The notes under the pieces are model-generated. The model was not told the origin of the DNA and ran no database searches. It worked only from the letters and a program-made list of their open reading frames with translations. DNA of 64,000 nt from Octopus bimaculoides. Taxonomy: Eukaryota. Shown here one piece after another: positions 1 to 11,365 of this stretch. Location: contig NC_068983.1 of the NCBI RefSeq assembly GCF_001194135.2, positions 149,312,051 through 149,376,050 of the forward strand, given 5' to 3'. The translations under genes and the position numbers were made by a program. How positions within the stretch are numbered: position 1 is the stretch's first letter; each line of letters opens with the position of its first letter.

Positions 1-1639
1 TACATATATGTAATAAGTATGCTTGTGTGATAGTGTCTATGTACGTGAGTGGTTAAAAAAAAGATGGGGAAATAACAGCTTTAGATGATGGTAGGATTTC
101 TACATAAAATATTAACAGAGAGGGAGGGAACAGAGAGGGAATGGAAGAAAGAGAGTAGTGGGAAAGGGAGGAGAATATATAGAAGTGGACATTCCGGCCG
201 AAGTGACCATAACTTTGGTCCGGAGTCTGGCTGGAGGAAGCGAACAAGGAAGGAATTGGTAAGACGACTCTCAGATTCAGTCTATTCTCCGGCTGGAAAG
301 ACTGAAAGATTTTTTTTTTTTTTAACCTAAACCAAAAGGAATGGTATTTAAATGAAATGGACAGAATCTGAATGAGAATAGAAACTACTGATTACAATTA
401 GTTTGGATCAGTTTCGGAAGGAATGTCTCTCCTTCTCCTTCAGTGGACATGAATGCAGCTACTTTCGACAGTTCGCCGAACCTTCAGACATGACACCTTA
501 CAGAGATTCTTCCTCAAACATATTTTGACGTTTGCTTCATTTTATTCCTCTTCTTTTGGTCCTAATAATTTTATTGAGAAAAAAAATATCTCTTTTTCTC
601 GTGATTCATTATTATTTAATACTTCAAACACAGAATGAAATATATTTTATAGGGATGCAAAATAGATAAGTTTGACAAATCGCTTTACGATGTTCTAAGA
701 CTTATGATTGATTGGAGTAAGACATATCATTAGTCGATCCAAATAGAGAAAAACGTTATAGATATGATTTAAATTCATTTAAGATACGAAAAAGAAAAAA
801 AAAAATACCAAAGAGAAACATCAAAGTGATTTTCAGCGAAAGATATCTTAATGAAGCAAATATTTGCAGAAGAAAATAAAGATCAACAATACCCCAAGAC
901 ATTGTAACGAAATGACACGAAAGAAACAAGAGGAGGAATATAAAACACATGTCGAGATGACAATCTAATTTAACGAAAGTAATTAAGAAATTGATAGAAG
1001 GAAACTAAATTTCCTATGCCCCACCAACATAATAAATCGGTTCCAGCTCTCACCCATCACCTTGCTGTTAATGTTGCTTGTTTTGATTGAAGTCTTACAA
1101 GTTCCGCCATCACGGTGGGAAATTTCCGTAAAAGTCTCTCTGGAGAGATTGACAAACTAAATTCTGAGAAGAAGAACACTAAACGAAACGTTAAGAATAA
1201 TATGGAGAAGATTGATGTGTTGGAATATATATGAAAAAAAAAATATTGGAGTTACTGAAATAATGTACAAGATGTTTGGTGAAAATATTGAATACAAGAA
1301 AAAGAGAGAGGGAAAAAAAAACTGGCAGTTATAGAATAATAGAAAGAAGAAATATGTCAATAAGATTAAAGTTTAAAGTAATTTCGTAAACGATCGTCTC
1401 TGCTGTGATGATGATGAAGGAGAAGGCATGAGGAAATATGAAATTATAACATTGCTTGGACAGTGAATGTAAGGTGACGATGCGATGTTTAGCCTGGAAA
1501 ATTGACAGCTGCAACTATGCATAAGGGGGATAGAAAGAGAAGAGAGAGGAAAACAGAAGGCATGCTCGCTCGATGTGAATTGATAGATCAGCCATCTTGT
1601 AATCTCATCTGGTCTGTGTGTGTGTGTCTCTCTCTTGTA

Positions 1640-1780
1640 GCTCTCTCTCAATGGCCGCCCTTTGCCGGCACTCTGTCTGTTCGTCGCCACAGCACACGCC
1701 ATCACATACCACACGCCACTCACACACCTCATTCCTGGAAACAACATACACCAGAAAGACATTTCCGGGCCGGAAAAAAC
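1640..1780. promoter_or_regulatory. CpG-rich promoter-like segment with YY1-like (ATGGCCGCC), STAT-like (TTCCTGGAA) and paired ETS-like (TTTCCGGGCCGGAAA) motifs
   Basis: Motifs read directly; CpG retained, unlike the flanking DNA. Confidence 0.45.
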
Positions 1781-1959
1781 CGAAGAAAACAAAAACAAAA
1801 ACAAATGCAGTTGTGAAATTATCGCTCGTCCAGATTTCATCTGTTTCAACTCTTCTTCCACTGAACTGACCCTGGCCAATTTTTATCTCAAGCTCTTAGA
1901 TACAAAAAAAAAGTAACAATAAACAAATAAAAAAAAATTTTTTCACACACAACCCAACT

Positions 1960-2041
1960 ATGTCCAAATATGTGAAAGGTGTCGTTCGACTTACCAGAGG
2001 CAGATTAGCTTGTAAGGCGGCGCCGTCCTGCCAGAGACGAT
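1960..2041 (+). CDS. Probable first coding exon encoding a mitochondrial-presequence-like peptide MSKYVKGVVRLTRGRLACKAAPSCQRR (phase 1)
   Basis: ATG at 1960, open for 27 codons, then T|gtaagt; 8 Arg/Lys and no acidic residue; in a CpG-rich promoter-like island. Confidence 0.55.
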
Positions 2042-2072
2042 GTAAGTGCCGACATTGGCAAGCCGTTCCCAA

Positions 2073-2082
2073 CTGATTGGCT
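2073..2082 (-). promoter_or_regulatory. NF-Y CCAAT box (AGCCAATCAG)
   Basis: Full match to the RRCCAATCRG consensus; a second CCAAT lies about 20 bp away (2051-2060). Confidence 0.45.
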
Positions 2083-3113
2083 GACCTTGCACTCAACACA
2101 ATTTTTTTTTCCCTTCTCTCTGCCCTCTCTTCTCTCTCACATCATTTTTATTCATGCTTCATACTACGTCCGTTACTTTACTTTTTTCTATCTTTTCCTG
2201 CCTTTGTGCATGTGTTGTTATTTTATTTTTTTTTTCCTCATTATACATTACTCCCCTCTTCTAAATAAATTCCTACATCTTTTTCTATGCGAGCGTGTAT
2301 CTGCAAACACACACACGCACACAAATATACATATCAAACTATCTGTCCTGTAAATTTATCTTTCCTGGACCTGGACGCTATCAAAGGTTTTTCCAATCAA
2401 TCAATCACTAAAATTAGTAACACCTAACCACGTTTCCTTCAGTTTAATTTCTTATAAAAATATATTTTAATTCATTCTGTAATTACTTCAATTTATTTAT
2501 TTTAATTATACCTCCCTTTTCTTTTTCTCATTTCATTATTAATATTTTTCCTTTTTCCCACCTCTTCGAGCTTCAGCTGATGTAATGATTTAAAAACAAA
2601 AAAAGACATTATTCCATGTTTATTTTGGCCTCATACACACAAAAGAATTAGTGACCGATGTCCGGTTGCTGATTTGGACCCATATATGTTTACATCTTGA
2701 CCAGTATCTAGCTAACTGCTCTTTAAAAGGTGCTATTTCGGTATTATTATTATTGTCACTAGAAAGTGACAAAAGCAGCAGACTGCTGGACTAAATACTG
2801 CATAGTATTTAGTTACGCCCCTTTATGTTTTGAGTTCAAATCCCGCCTGGGTTGACTTTATCTTTCATCTCTCTCTCTCTCTCTCTCTGAGTCGCTAAAA
2901 TAAGTATAAAAAGTACTGATGAATGATTCTTTTTCGTATATTTTCTTCCCCGGATGCCATAATGCAAGAGATGAAATCTAATGAATAGAGACCGCCACAA
3001 AATTTCAAATGTCTGTTGAAATGGACTTCCATTATATTCTTCAGAAAAGCACCACAATCTCATATAACTAGTAATTTGTTCCCAGTTTAAAAAAATATAT
3101 CAATATATATCAT

Positions 3114-3278
3114 AGGCGCAGGAGTGGCTGTGTGGTAAGTAGCTCGCTTACCAACCACATGGTCCGGGTTCATTCCCACTGCATGGCACCTTGGGCAAGT
3201 GTCTTCTACTATAGCCTCGGGCCGACCAAAGCCTTGTGAGTGGATTTGGTAGATGGAAACTGAAAGAAGCCTGTCGTA

Positions 3279-3319
<41 letters not shown>

Positions 3320-3520
3320 CTGTGTTTGTCCCCCCACCATCACTTGACAACCGATGCTGGTGTGTTTACGTCCCCGTAACTTAGCGGTTCGGCAAAATGA
3401 GACCGATAGAATAAGTACTAGGCTTACAAAGAATAAGTCCTGGGGTCGATTTTCTTGATTAAAGGCGGTGCTCCAGCATGGCCGCAGTCAAATGACTGGA
3501 ACAAGTAAAAGAATAAAGAA
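3114..3520 (+). mobile_element. Near full-length tRNA-derived SINE (CORE-like TGGGCAAGTGTCTT, internal (TA)n, GAATAAA tail)
   Basis: A-box-like GGCTGTGTGG, B-box-like GGGTTCATTCCC; partial copies at about 7340-7510, 7600-7790, 9845-9930 and 54330-54500. Confidence 0.85.
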
Positions 3521-5066
3521 TGATAGAAATGGCTAAGTTTGCACATAATTGCTTTGAGTTCAAATTCTACTAGAGCCAACTTTGCCTACCATCTGTCAGG
3601 ATGGGCAAGGGAATAATAAAATAATGCCAGTAAAATAACTTGGATCAATTCAGTCAAATTGTTCACAAAGGAGGTTGTTGTCATCATACATGTTTTGAAA
3701 ATAATTACCAAAACCTGAAATGTTTGATTTTCTTACATAAAATTTTGATGGAGACATCACCTTTTCTAAAATATTTAGCCTCAAGTCACAAGAGAACTCA
3801 ATAAGATTGCTCAACCAAGAGATAGCAGTCAAATCTCCCTACACAAACCACATCCTACCATCTTAAATAAAGATACATTGGAAAATGTTCATTCCTGATA
3901 AACAAAGAGGCAGGATGGTCACTATTGGATTGTCTTTGATCATTGGTCTGCTCAGTCCAGGTTGAACTGGAACTAAACAGCAACAAATATTTAGCAAGTG
4001 TACTTTGACAAATATGTCTCCAAGAGGTTTACACTTAAAATTTACTGAAGTACAGCTCTTTCAATGTATATGTGTCGTTCTGCACTTCTTTCTATGCATA
4101 GACACTTTCATCAGTGTCATATCAAGTAAGGTAGGTTCATAATAATAGGAAGCCATTTATGCTTGCTAGACTTTACTAGCATATATTGACTGTTGTAGTT
4201 TAAAGTTGGTTTCCTTTTCAACAAAGCATAATGGTCTTTATAGAGAACATGGATTGCTGATGTACTAGAATACAAGAAACCCAGCTGAGAAGTCAGCAAT
4301 TTGTGTCTTATCCTCACCATGTTTTTTTATATATAACTACAAGATCCACCCACAACAGAATTGATATCCTAAGACCAAAGTGCCATGTAAAAAACACTGG
4401 TGATAATGCCACATGAAAAGCACCTAGTACACTCTGCAAAGTGGTTAGCATTGGGAAGGGCATCCAGCTGTAGAAACCAAACCAAGAACAGAATATGGAA
4501 CCTGGCCTTGCCATCTCCTGTCAAGCTGTCTGACCCATGCCAGCATGGAAAATGGACATTAAATGACATGCCTAACTTCCAAATAGCTGAGCCCATTTAA
4601 CTGTAAAGAGATACCATAATAGGAATAAATAGCCACTGTAAGCAGCAGCAATATTACAAAATTGATTTGTCTCATTAACTTGCAATACCATTCCATTCCT
4701 CCTGTGAGCAAAAATTGAAGGAGAAAAGACTGTTTTGATTTAAATAACACTACAGAAACAAGTCTAGAATTTGGTCCTTGTTCTAAAATAAGTTGTGAGT
4801 CTCATATCTCAATGGATTATGAAACTCACAATTTGGTAGGTTGTGATGATGATACATACTCTTTTTTTTTTTTTTACCAGTTTCACACATTGGACCACAG
4901 TTATGCTTGAAGCCCAGTACTTATTTCCATCAATTGGTATTATTTATTTGTGCCTATAATTGAAAGGATTAATTGTTATTGACTTCAGAAGAATGAAAAG
5001 CAAAGTGGATTTGAATGGGATTTAAACTCTAAACCAACTCCTGCAGGTGTTTTATTCAATGCTCAA

Positions 5067-5135
<69 letters not shown>

Positions 5136-5137
5136 TA

Positions 5138-6007
5138 CCCAGGTGCAATGGGTAAATTGTCACCATTTTATATTCTTAATTTCATGCATGTGCATTGTTT
5201 GGTTTTGACTTTGTCAACTACACAGTATAGTAGGGTCAGTTGGACACCATCTGTGAGAAAAACAGTACCATGATGCAATTCACTCTGTCAGAAATTTGGA
5301 AACGACATGTTGCACCACTTGGCATTTGCACCAGAAGCTCTAATGCAAGCATTTCAGAGTGTTTGCGAGTCAATCTGAGGACAGTGCATGTACCAAGAGT
5401 GATAAAAATCAAACATCCAGTCATCATGGTGTTTGGAGTGACCACTAGTGACGGTGTCATTATGCCTCCATTCATCTTCACATATGGCTTCAGACTCAAC
5501 ACAGAGGCCTACATCAAGTGCTTGGAGGAGGTAGTACTGCCCTGGGTCAAGAGAGTGGCTGCTGGAATATCCTATGTCTGGCAACAGGACTTTGCACCAT
5601 GCCACACAAGCAGGAGAACCCAGTTGTGGCTGTCAAACAATTTCGGTGACCACATCACCCCTAACATCTGGCCACATAACTCCCCAGACTACAACCCCCT
5701 TGAATATTATGTGTGGGGCACAGTTGAGCAAGAGACCAACAAAACTGCTGATAACACCGAAAATGAACTGAAGGCAAGGATTATAACAACATTCACCAGC
5801 TTAAACAAGGAGACCAGAAGAGTTGCAGGAGATTTTGAAGTCATCTGAAGGCTGAGATTGAAGTCAATGGCGATTTTATTAAATAAATTTACTCTTTAGT
5901 ATTTCAAGATATTTCTATGTAATTTTAGTAAGTATATCTGTTAAAATGAGATGTCTGTTATTTTCATTTCTGCATAATTTAGGTGACAATATATTCATTG
6001 CACCCTG
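5138..6007 (+). mobile_element. Internally deleted Tc1/mariner (maT/DD37D-like) DNA transposon
   Basis: ORF 5240-5848 has WQQDFAPCH...WPHNSPDYNPLEYYVW; imperfect ~27 bp TIRs (5138-5164 / 5982-6007) flanked by TA. Confidence 0.9.
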
Positions 6008-6013
6008 TATATG

Positions 6014-6052
<39 letters not shown>

Positions 6053-6136
6053 TGTAAGAGGGAGTGTGATGCAAAGAAACATGATTAAGCTTGACACATA
6101 TAAACATATAACATTATATATACATATATAGATATA

Positions 6137-6290
6137 TGCGGTGTGTTCAAAAAGTAACCAACTTTATATTTTTCCACCAAAATCCTCTGAGTGGGAGATG
6201 ACGTCACCCTTCCTGCACATGTGAAAATTTTCGCGCCAATAGGCTGTGTCAGTTCCTGGCTGTTGTGCCTAGAGTACAGACATGTATTGT
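6137..6290 (+). mobile_element. Mariner-like terminal fragment
   Basis: TA followed by TGCGGTGTGTTCAAAAAGTAACC resembles mariner TIRs; no partner end found. Confidence 0.45.
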
Positions 6291-6512
6291 CACCCATGCA
6301 TATCACTCTCTCTTCTCCACATCACTGATGTTGTCTAAGGGAAAGACAAAAGGCACCAATGACTTTGCAACTAATTTCTACAGCTGAGTGAACTGCAGCA
6401 ATGTCAAATAATGTCTAGCTCAAGAGCACAACACAGAGCATAGTCCGGAAATTGGACTCATCAACCACACAATTGTAAGCCCAATGCTTTAACCACTGAG
6501 CCATGCATCTTC
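6290..6512 (-). mobile_element. tRNA-derived SINE, degenerate
   Basis: Reverse-complement similarity to the copy at 34811 (head TGAAGATGCATGGCTCAGTGGTT). Confidence 0.75.
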
Positions 6513-7030
6513 ATATATGTATGTCTGTATGTAATACAAGTGTGCAGACAAATAAAAGAAGGGCACTCAACACATTTATTAGGAGCATGATGCTAGTTCT
6601 AATTCCAATGGCTGAAGACTAGCATCATGCTTGAAACTTGAAGTACTAAAGGAATTTGAATCAAACTGTTTGATCCATACATCATCATCGTCATAGTCAT
6701 TTAATGTCTATCTTCCATGTTGGCATGATTTGAACAGTTTGACAGGAGCTTGCTCAGCATCATGCTGCGCCAGACTTTTCCGTCTGTTTTGACAAGGTTT
6801 TTACAACTGGATGCCCTTCCGAACACCAACCACCCCCACAGAGTGGACTGAGTGCTTTTAACATGGTACCAGCACAGGTGAGGTCAGTTTTGGCATGGTT
6901 TTTATTTTTTACAGCTCACACACACACACGTATATATATATATATACAGCCAAATATAACAATATCTGTTTCAACACATGATTTCACATCAGGAATTTTG
7001 CAAAACAAATGCATAAATGTATATATATAT

Positions 7031-7154
7031 ATATAAATACATTGTACATTTAAACACATAAGAAATGACCATCATAGGACACCTAACATGCTAGCGCGTT
7101 AGGTGTTCTTTGATGGTCATTTCTTATGTGTTTAAATGTACACTGTATTTATAT
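7031..7154. repeat. Long inverted repeat (~57 bp arms, 3 mismatches, 10 nt loop) beside (TA)n
   Basis: ATAAATACATTGTACATTTAAACACATAAGAAATGACCATCATAGGACACCTAAC and its near-exact reverse complement at 7098-7152. Confidence 0.95.
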
Positions 7155-7251
7155 GAATAATATATAGTCTATTGACTAGTTTTCTACATGCTAGGCCACT
7201 GGTAGTAAAAAAAATTTCTAAACTTTTTTCCTAACCTGATATTTATTAAGA

Positions 7252-7285
<34 letters not shown>

Positions 7286-7342
7286 NNNNNNNNNNNNNNN
7301 NNNNNNNNNNNNNNNNNNNNNNNNNNNNNNNNNNNNNNNNNN
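7286..7342. other. Assembly gap (N)
   Basis: N run; short gaps also at 21909-21918, 38494-38503 and 56559-56568. Confidence 1.
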
Positions 7343-7599
7343 TATATGTGTGTGTGTGTGTCTGCCTTTGTCCCCCACACTATCACCACTTGACAGCAGT
7401 TTGGTAAAAGAGACCAAAAGAATAAGTACTAGACTTTAAAATAAGTCCTGGAGTTGATTTGTTTTGACTAAAAACCCTTCAATACAGTTCTCCGGCATGG
7501 TTATATTCATATTCATATTACTTATATTCTGTCACAAACACTGAACATATTCCACAAACAACACAGTTTAACTGACAAAAAAACAATATAGGTGTAGTA

Positions 7600-7995
7600 T
7601 AGGGGCAGACATGGCTGTGTGGTTAAGAAGCTTGGTTCCCAACTGTATGATCCTGTGTTCAGTCCTACTGTGTGACACCATGGGCAAGTGTCTTCTGCCA
7701 TAGCCCTAGACTGACCTAAGCTTTATGGGTTTATTTGGTAGATGGAAACTGAAAGAAGTCCATTGTATGTGGGTAAGTAATTGTTATAAATGAGCATCAT
7801 CATACAAGCATGGTTGTTCACTTCCTATCCTATGTGAAAATATGTCTAGCTATGGGAAAATGAGACCTGGCTTGGAAAGAGGTGAGGGTTGGCTACAGGA
7901 AGAGCATCCAGCCATAGAAAATTTGTCTCATCGAGTTCTGTCTGACCTATGCAAGCATGGAAAAATGGACATTAAATGACAATGACGATGACAAT
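7600..7995 (+). mobile_element. SINE with tRNA head and RTE-type 3' tail ending in (GAT/GAC)n
   Basis: Head as in the 3114 copy; tail AGGAAGAGCATCCAGC...GCATGGAAAAATGGACATTAAATGAC matches the LINE end at 56270-56410. Confidence 0.75.
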
Positions 7996-8319
7996 GAGGT
8001 ACAGTGCAACACCATAGCCAGTAAGTGCCTATATTTAATTTGACATCATAACCGTTTATCCTACCTGATGATAAAATAAGTACTATTAACTCCTAGCCGC
8101 AATGAGTAAGTATAGCCCTACTTTGCACCACATTAATCAGTAGACACAGTCTCAATCAAAATCTAAAAGCTTTGAGTTTTGATTTTTATGAAATTCAGTT
8201 TAGTCTTTCACCTACCCATATGACAGTTGATAACATTACTACATAAGCTGTAAGTTGGCAGAGTTAATAGAGATTCTAAGAGAATACCTCGCAATATTTG
8301 TTCTGACTAAAGCAGTAAA

Positions 8320-8525
8320 CTGGCAGAATAGTTAGCATGCTGGGAAAAATGCTTAGCGGCATTTCGTTTGTCTTCACGTTCTGAGTTTAAATACTGCCAA
8401 GGTCAACTTTACCTTTCATCCCTTCAGGGTTGATAAAATAAGTACTAGTTGAATGTTGAGGTCAAAGTAACTGACATAGCCCTCCCCTAAAATTACTAGC
8501 CTTGTGCCAAAATTTGAAACCTATA
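8320..8525 (+). mobile_element. Short SINE family copy (AAATGCTTAGC...GAGTTCAAAT...GATAAAATAAGTAC)
   Basis: Same family at 8830-9025, 12240-12430(-), 15085-15255, 21065-21245(-), 29870-30075(-) and 38285-39185. Confidence 0.8.
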
Positions 8526-8829
8526 TTTGTTCTAACTCTGTGTTCCAAGTTCAAATTCAACTTAGATCAGTCTTACCTTTCATCCTTGCAGGGTTGATAA
8601 ATAAAGTACCAGTCTTATAGATGCTTCTGGAAGAAATCAGCTGCCTTCAGATCTAGAGAGAGGAGGGACCTATCAGGTTTTAAATGCCCAAAACACGACA
8701 TTATGTTTTGACAGCACCCCTATGACCCAATCGAGAGTTGAGGACTTCAGAAATGAAGAAAGGAAAATAAAAAATGACCATTATGATCTTGCAATAAATA
8801 GGTACCAAAGGGCATCAAGCAAGCAGAAT

Positions 8830-9025
8830 CATTTGCACACTTGGCAAAATGCTTAGGGGTATTTCATCCATTTTTATGTTCTGAGTTCAAATACTACCAA
8901 GGTCAACTTTGCATTTCATCTTTTTGAGATTGATAAAATAAGTACTAGTGGAACACTGGGGTCGGTATAATCGACTTACCACCTCCTTCCGAAATTGCTG
9001 GCCTTGTGTCAAAATTTGAAACCAA
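8830..9025 (+). mobile_element. Short SINE family copy
   Basis: Aligns by eye with the 8320-8525 and 38964-39185 copies. Confidence 0.8.
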
Positions 9026-10204
9026 TAAATAGGTACCATCATTATATACAGTTCACTGCTGTATTATAGCAGAAGTACTGCATTACAAACAAGTGTCTCA
9101 TTAGCTAACATTCTTTCAAGTTGAGCCCTCATGAAAACACTTTCATTATAACCTTGCTTAACCATTACTATCATCACTCACATGTCAAAGTGAACTTTAT
9201 ATGAATAACTGATACAGGCACAAAGCCTGGGGGGATGACTGATGAGAACATGTGACATTTATGCCTTTTCAATGGCATAAATGTCATAAGAACTAAGAAA
9301 AGTGACATCTAACATTATCTACAAAACATGCATACACACAGAAAAATCATTCATTAGTCATACACACTCCACAATTACAGCTAAGCCTTCACATACACAC
9401 ACTGCATTGTTGTCACTACTAAATGCATACACATGTACACACTATTATTGCTTGTGATGCACGTTGCCGCAGAACATACATGCTCATCACTATATATATA
9501 TACAGGAATACACACAAAACGCGTACATTTTATACCACAAAATATATATGCTATTACCACAGCATGTATGCATGCACACATACACATATGTGCTCAAATG
9601 TGCATACAGGGCATTATCAGCTATTAAAAGGAAGTCTACACAGTCACTTGACTTTCTCAATATTACAGCTGTGTCTCTTTTCAGTAATGAACTTTAGGCC
9701 ATAACACCCTACATTAAAAACAAATTGACTATAACTGGAAATGCTACTCAAGCACAGAGCTGATTTTATGTGATAGGGGCTAAAGTGCGTGTGTGTGTGT
9801 GTGTATGTGCACATGCGCACACATGCATATATATGAATGTGTATACATGTGGCTGTGTGGTAAGAAGTTTGCATCTCAGCTACATGGTTTCAGGTTCAGT
9901 CCCATTTCATGGCAGCTTAGGCAAAATGTGAATTGTATGATAATCAGTGGATAAAAGTGTCAGCAGGCAGTTTAACTTAATTGTAAAGCACTCAGCCCAG
10001 AGTCTTGGGTGATGTGGGTTCAAGTCCTATGGCTGTTTGTTGACAACTTTTTCCACCTTGTAAGGGTATTTAACCATTATCTCTGCTGTTCTAACAGTAA
10101 TACTGCATTCAGGAATATACCAACATTCTTTAACAATATAGAATGAAACTAAACTGCAGCCAAATGGCTTTACTCTCTTAGAAACATTTGACTTTCAGCC
10201 CAGT

Positions 10205-10580
10205 CTTGTTGTTGGCACTCCGTCACTTACGATGACGAGGGTTCCTGTTGATCTAATTAACGGAACAGCCTGCTCATGAAATTAACGTGCAAGTGGCTGA
10301 GCACTCCACAGACACATGTACCCTTAACATAGTTCTCGGGGATATTCAGCGTGACAGAATGTGACAAGGCTGACCCTTTGAATTACAGACAGAACATAAA
10401 CAGGAAGTAAGAGTGAGAGAAAGTTGTAGTGGAAGAGTACAGCAGGGTTTGCCACCATCCCCTGCCGGAGCCTCGTGGAGCTTTTAGGTGTTTTTGCTCA
10501 ATAAACACTCACAACGCCCAGTCTGGGAATCGAAACCGCGAGTCCGCTGCCCTAACCACTGGGCCATTGCGCCTCCACAT
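10205..10580 (-). mobile_element. tRNA-derived SINE, same subfamily as 45023-45347
   Basis: Shared tail (CCCTTAAC...GACGAGGG); head with GGTTAGGGC and GGTTTCGATTCCC boxes. Confidence 0.8.
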
Positions 10581-11152
10581 CAGCCCACTCTAAAGCAGCC
10601 ATAAAAGAACTTATATTAGAGCTGTATTGTTAATATTTCTACCATGGTTTATGCCCACAATGTAATCTGAATTCAGCTCTGGAAGTTAATAAAGCACTCA
10701 TCAATTTTACAATGCTTCCACTCTTAAGTGAACCATTCCACCCTATGATGTCTACTTACAATTAAGTGTACTTGGACATGAGAGTGAAGTGGCTTCTTCT
10801 TTGATATTTTTGACATCCAATGCTGTCTTCATACAGTTACGCCTGCATCATATTTAATTAAGCATGAACTACATTAATTTCATCGTGAATGCTATAGTGT
10901 ATGTAGGTAATTAATTTTTTGCAAGATTAAACATATATGCTTAGTCTTGCAAGTCATATGGCAACCTCACTAGGCTGATATCACAAAAGATGCATACAGT
11001 ACGCTCTATAAAGTGGGTGACATTAGGAAGGGCATCTAGCTGTAGCAACTATGCCAAAGCAAACACTGGAGTATGACAGGATCCATTAGATCCTGTCAAA
11101 CAGTCGAAGCCATACCAGCATGGAAGACAGGCATAAAAAGATGTGCCTGATT

Positions 11153-11314
11153 ACATATACATACATACATACGTACATACATACATACATACATACATAC
11201 ATTCATATATACATATATACATACATACATACATACATATATACATACATATATTTTGTTGTGTCTGGGGAGAGTATGTATGTATATACCCACACACAGA
11301 GACATGCACTCACA

Positions 11315-11365
<51 letters not shown>
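11153..11365. repeat. (ATAC)n plus (CA)n microsatellites
   Basis: Direct reading. Confidence 0.95.

Noticed and set aside
119-527. Possible spliced pair 119-258 / 444-527 with a KH-like RVVGKGGEYI
   Set aside because: Purine-rich low complexity, a poor acceptor at 118, and no second KH helix; probably chance
1373-1895. 168-aa minus ORF and a kinase-like IGQGQFS in another frame
   Set aside because: No continuing kinase motifs; it crosses simple repeats and the promoter region
4881-4936. Open exon-like segment after a strong polypyrimidine tract
   Set aside because: It is an antisense SINE fragment with a weak donor
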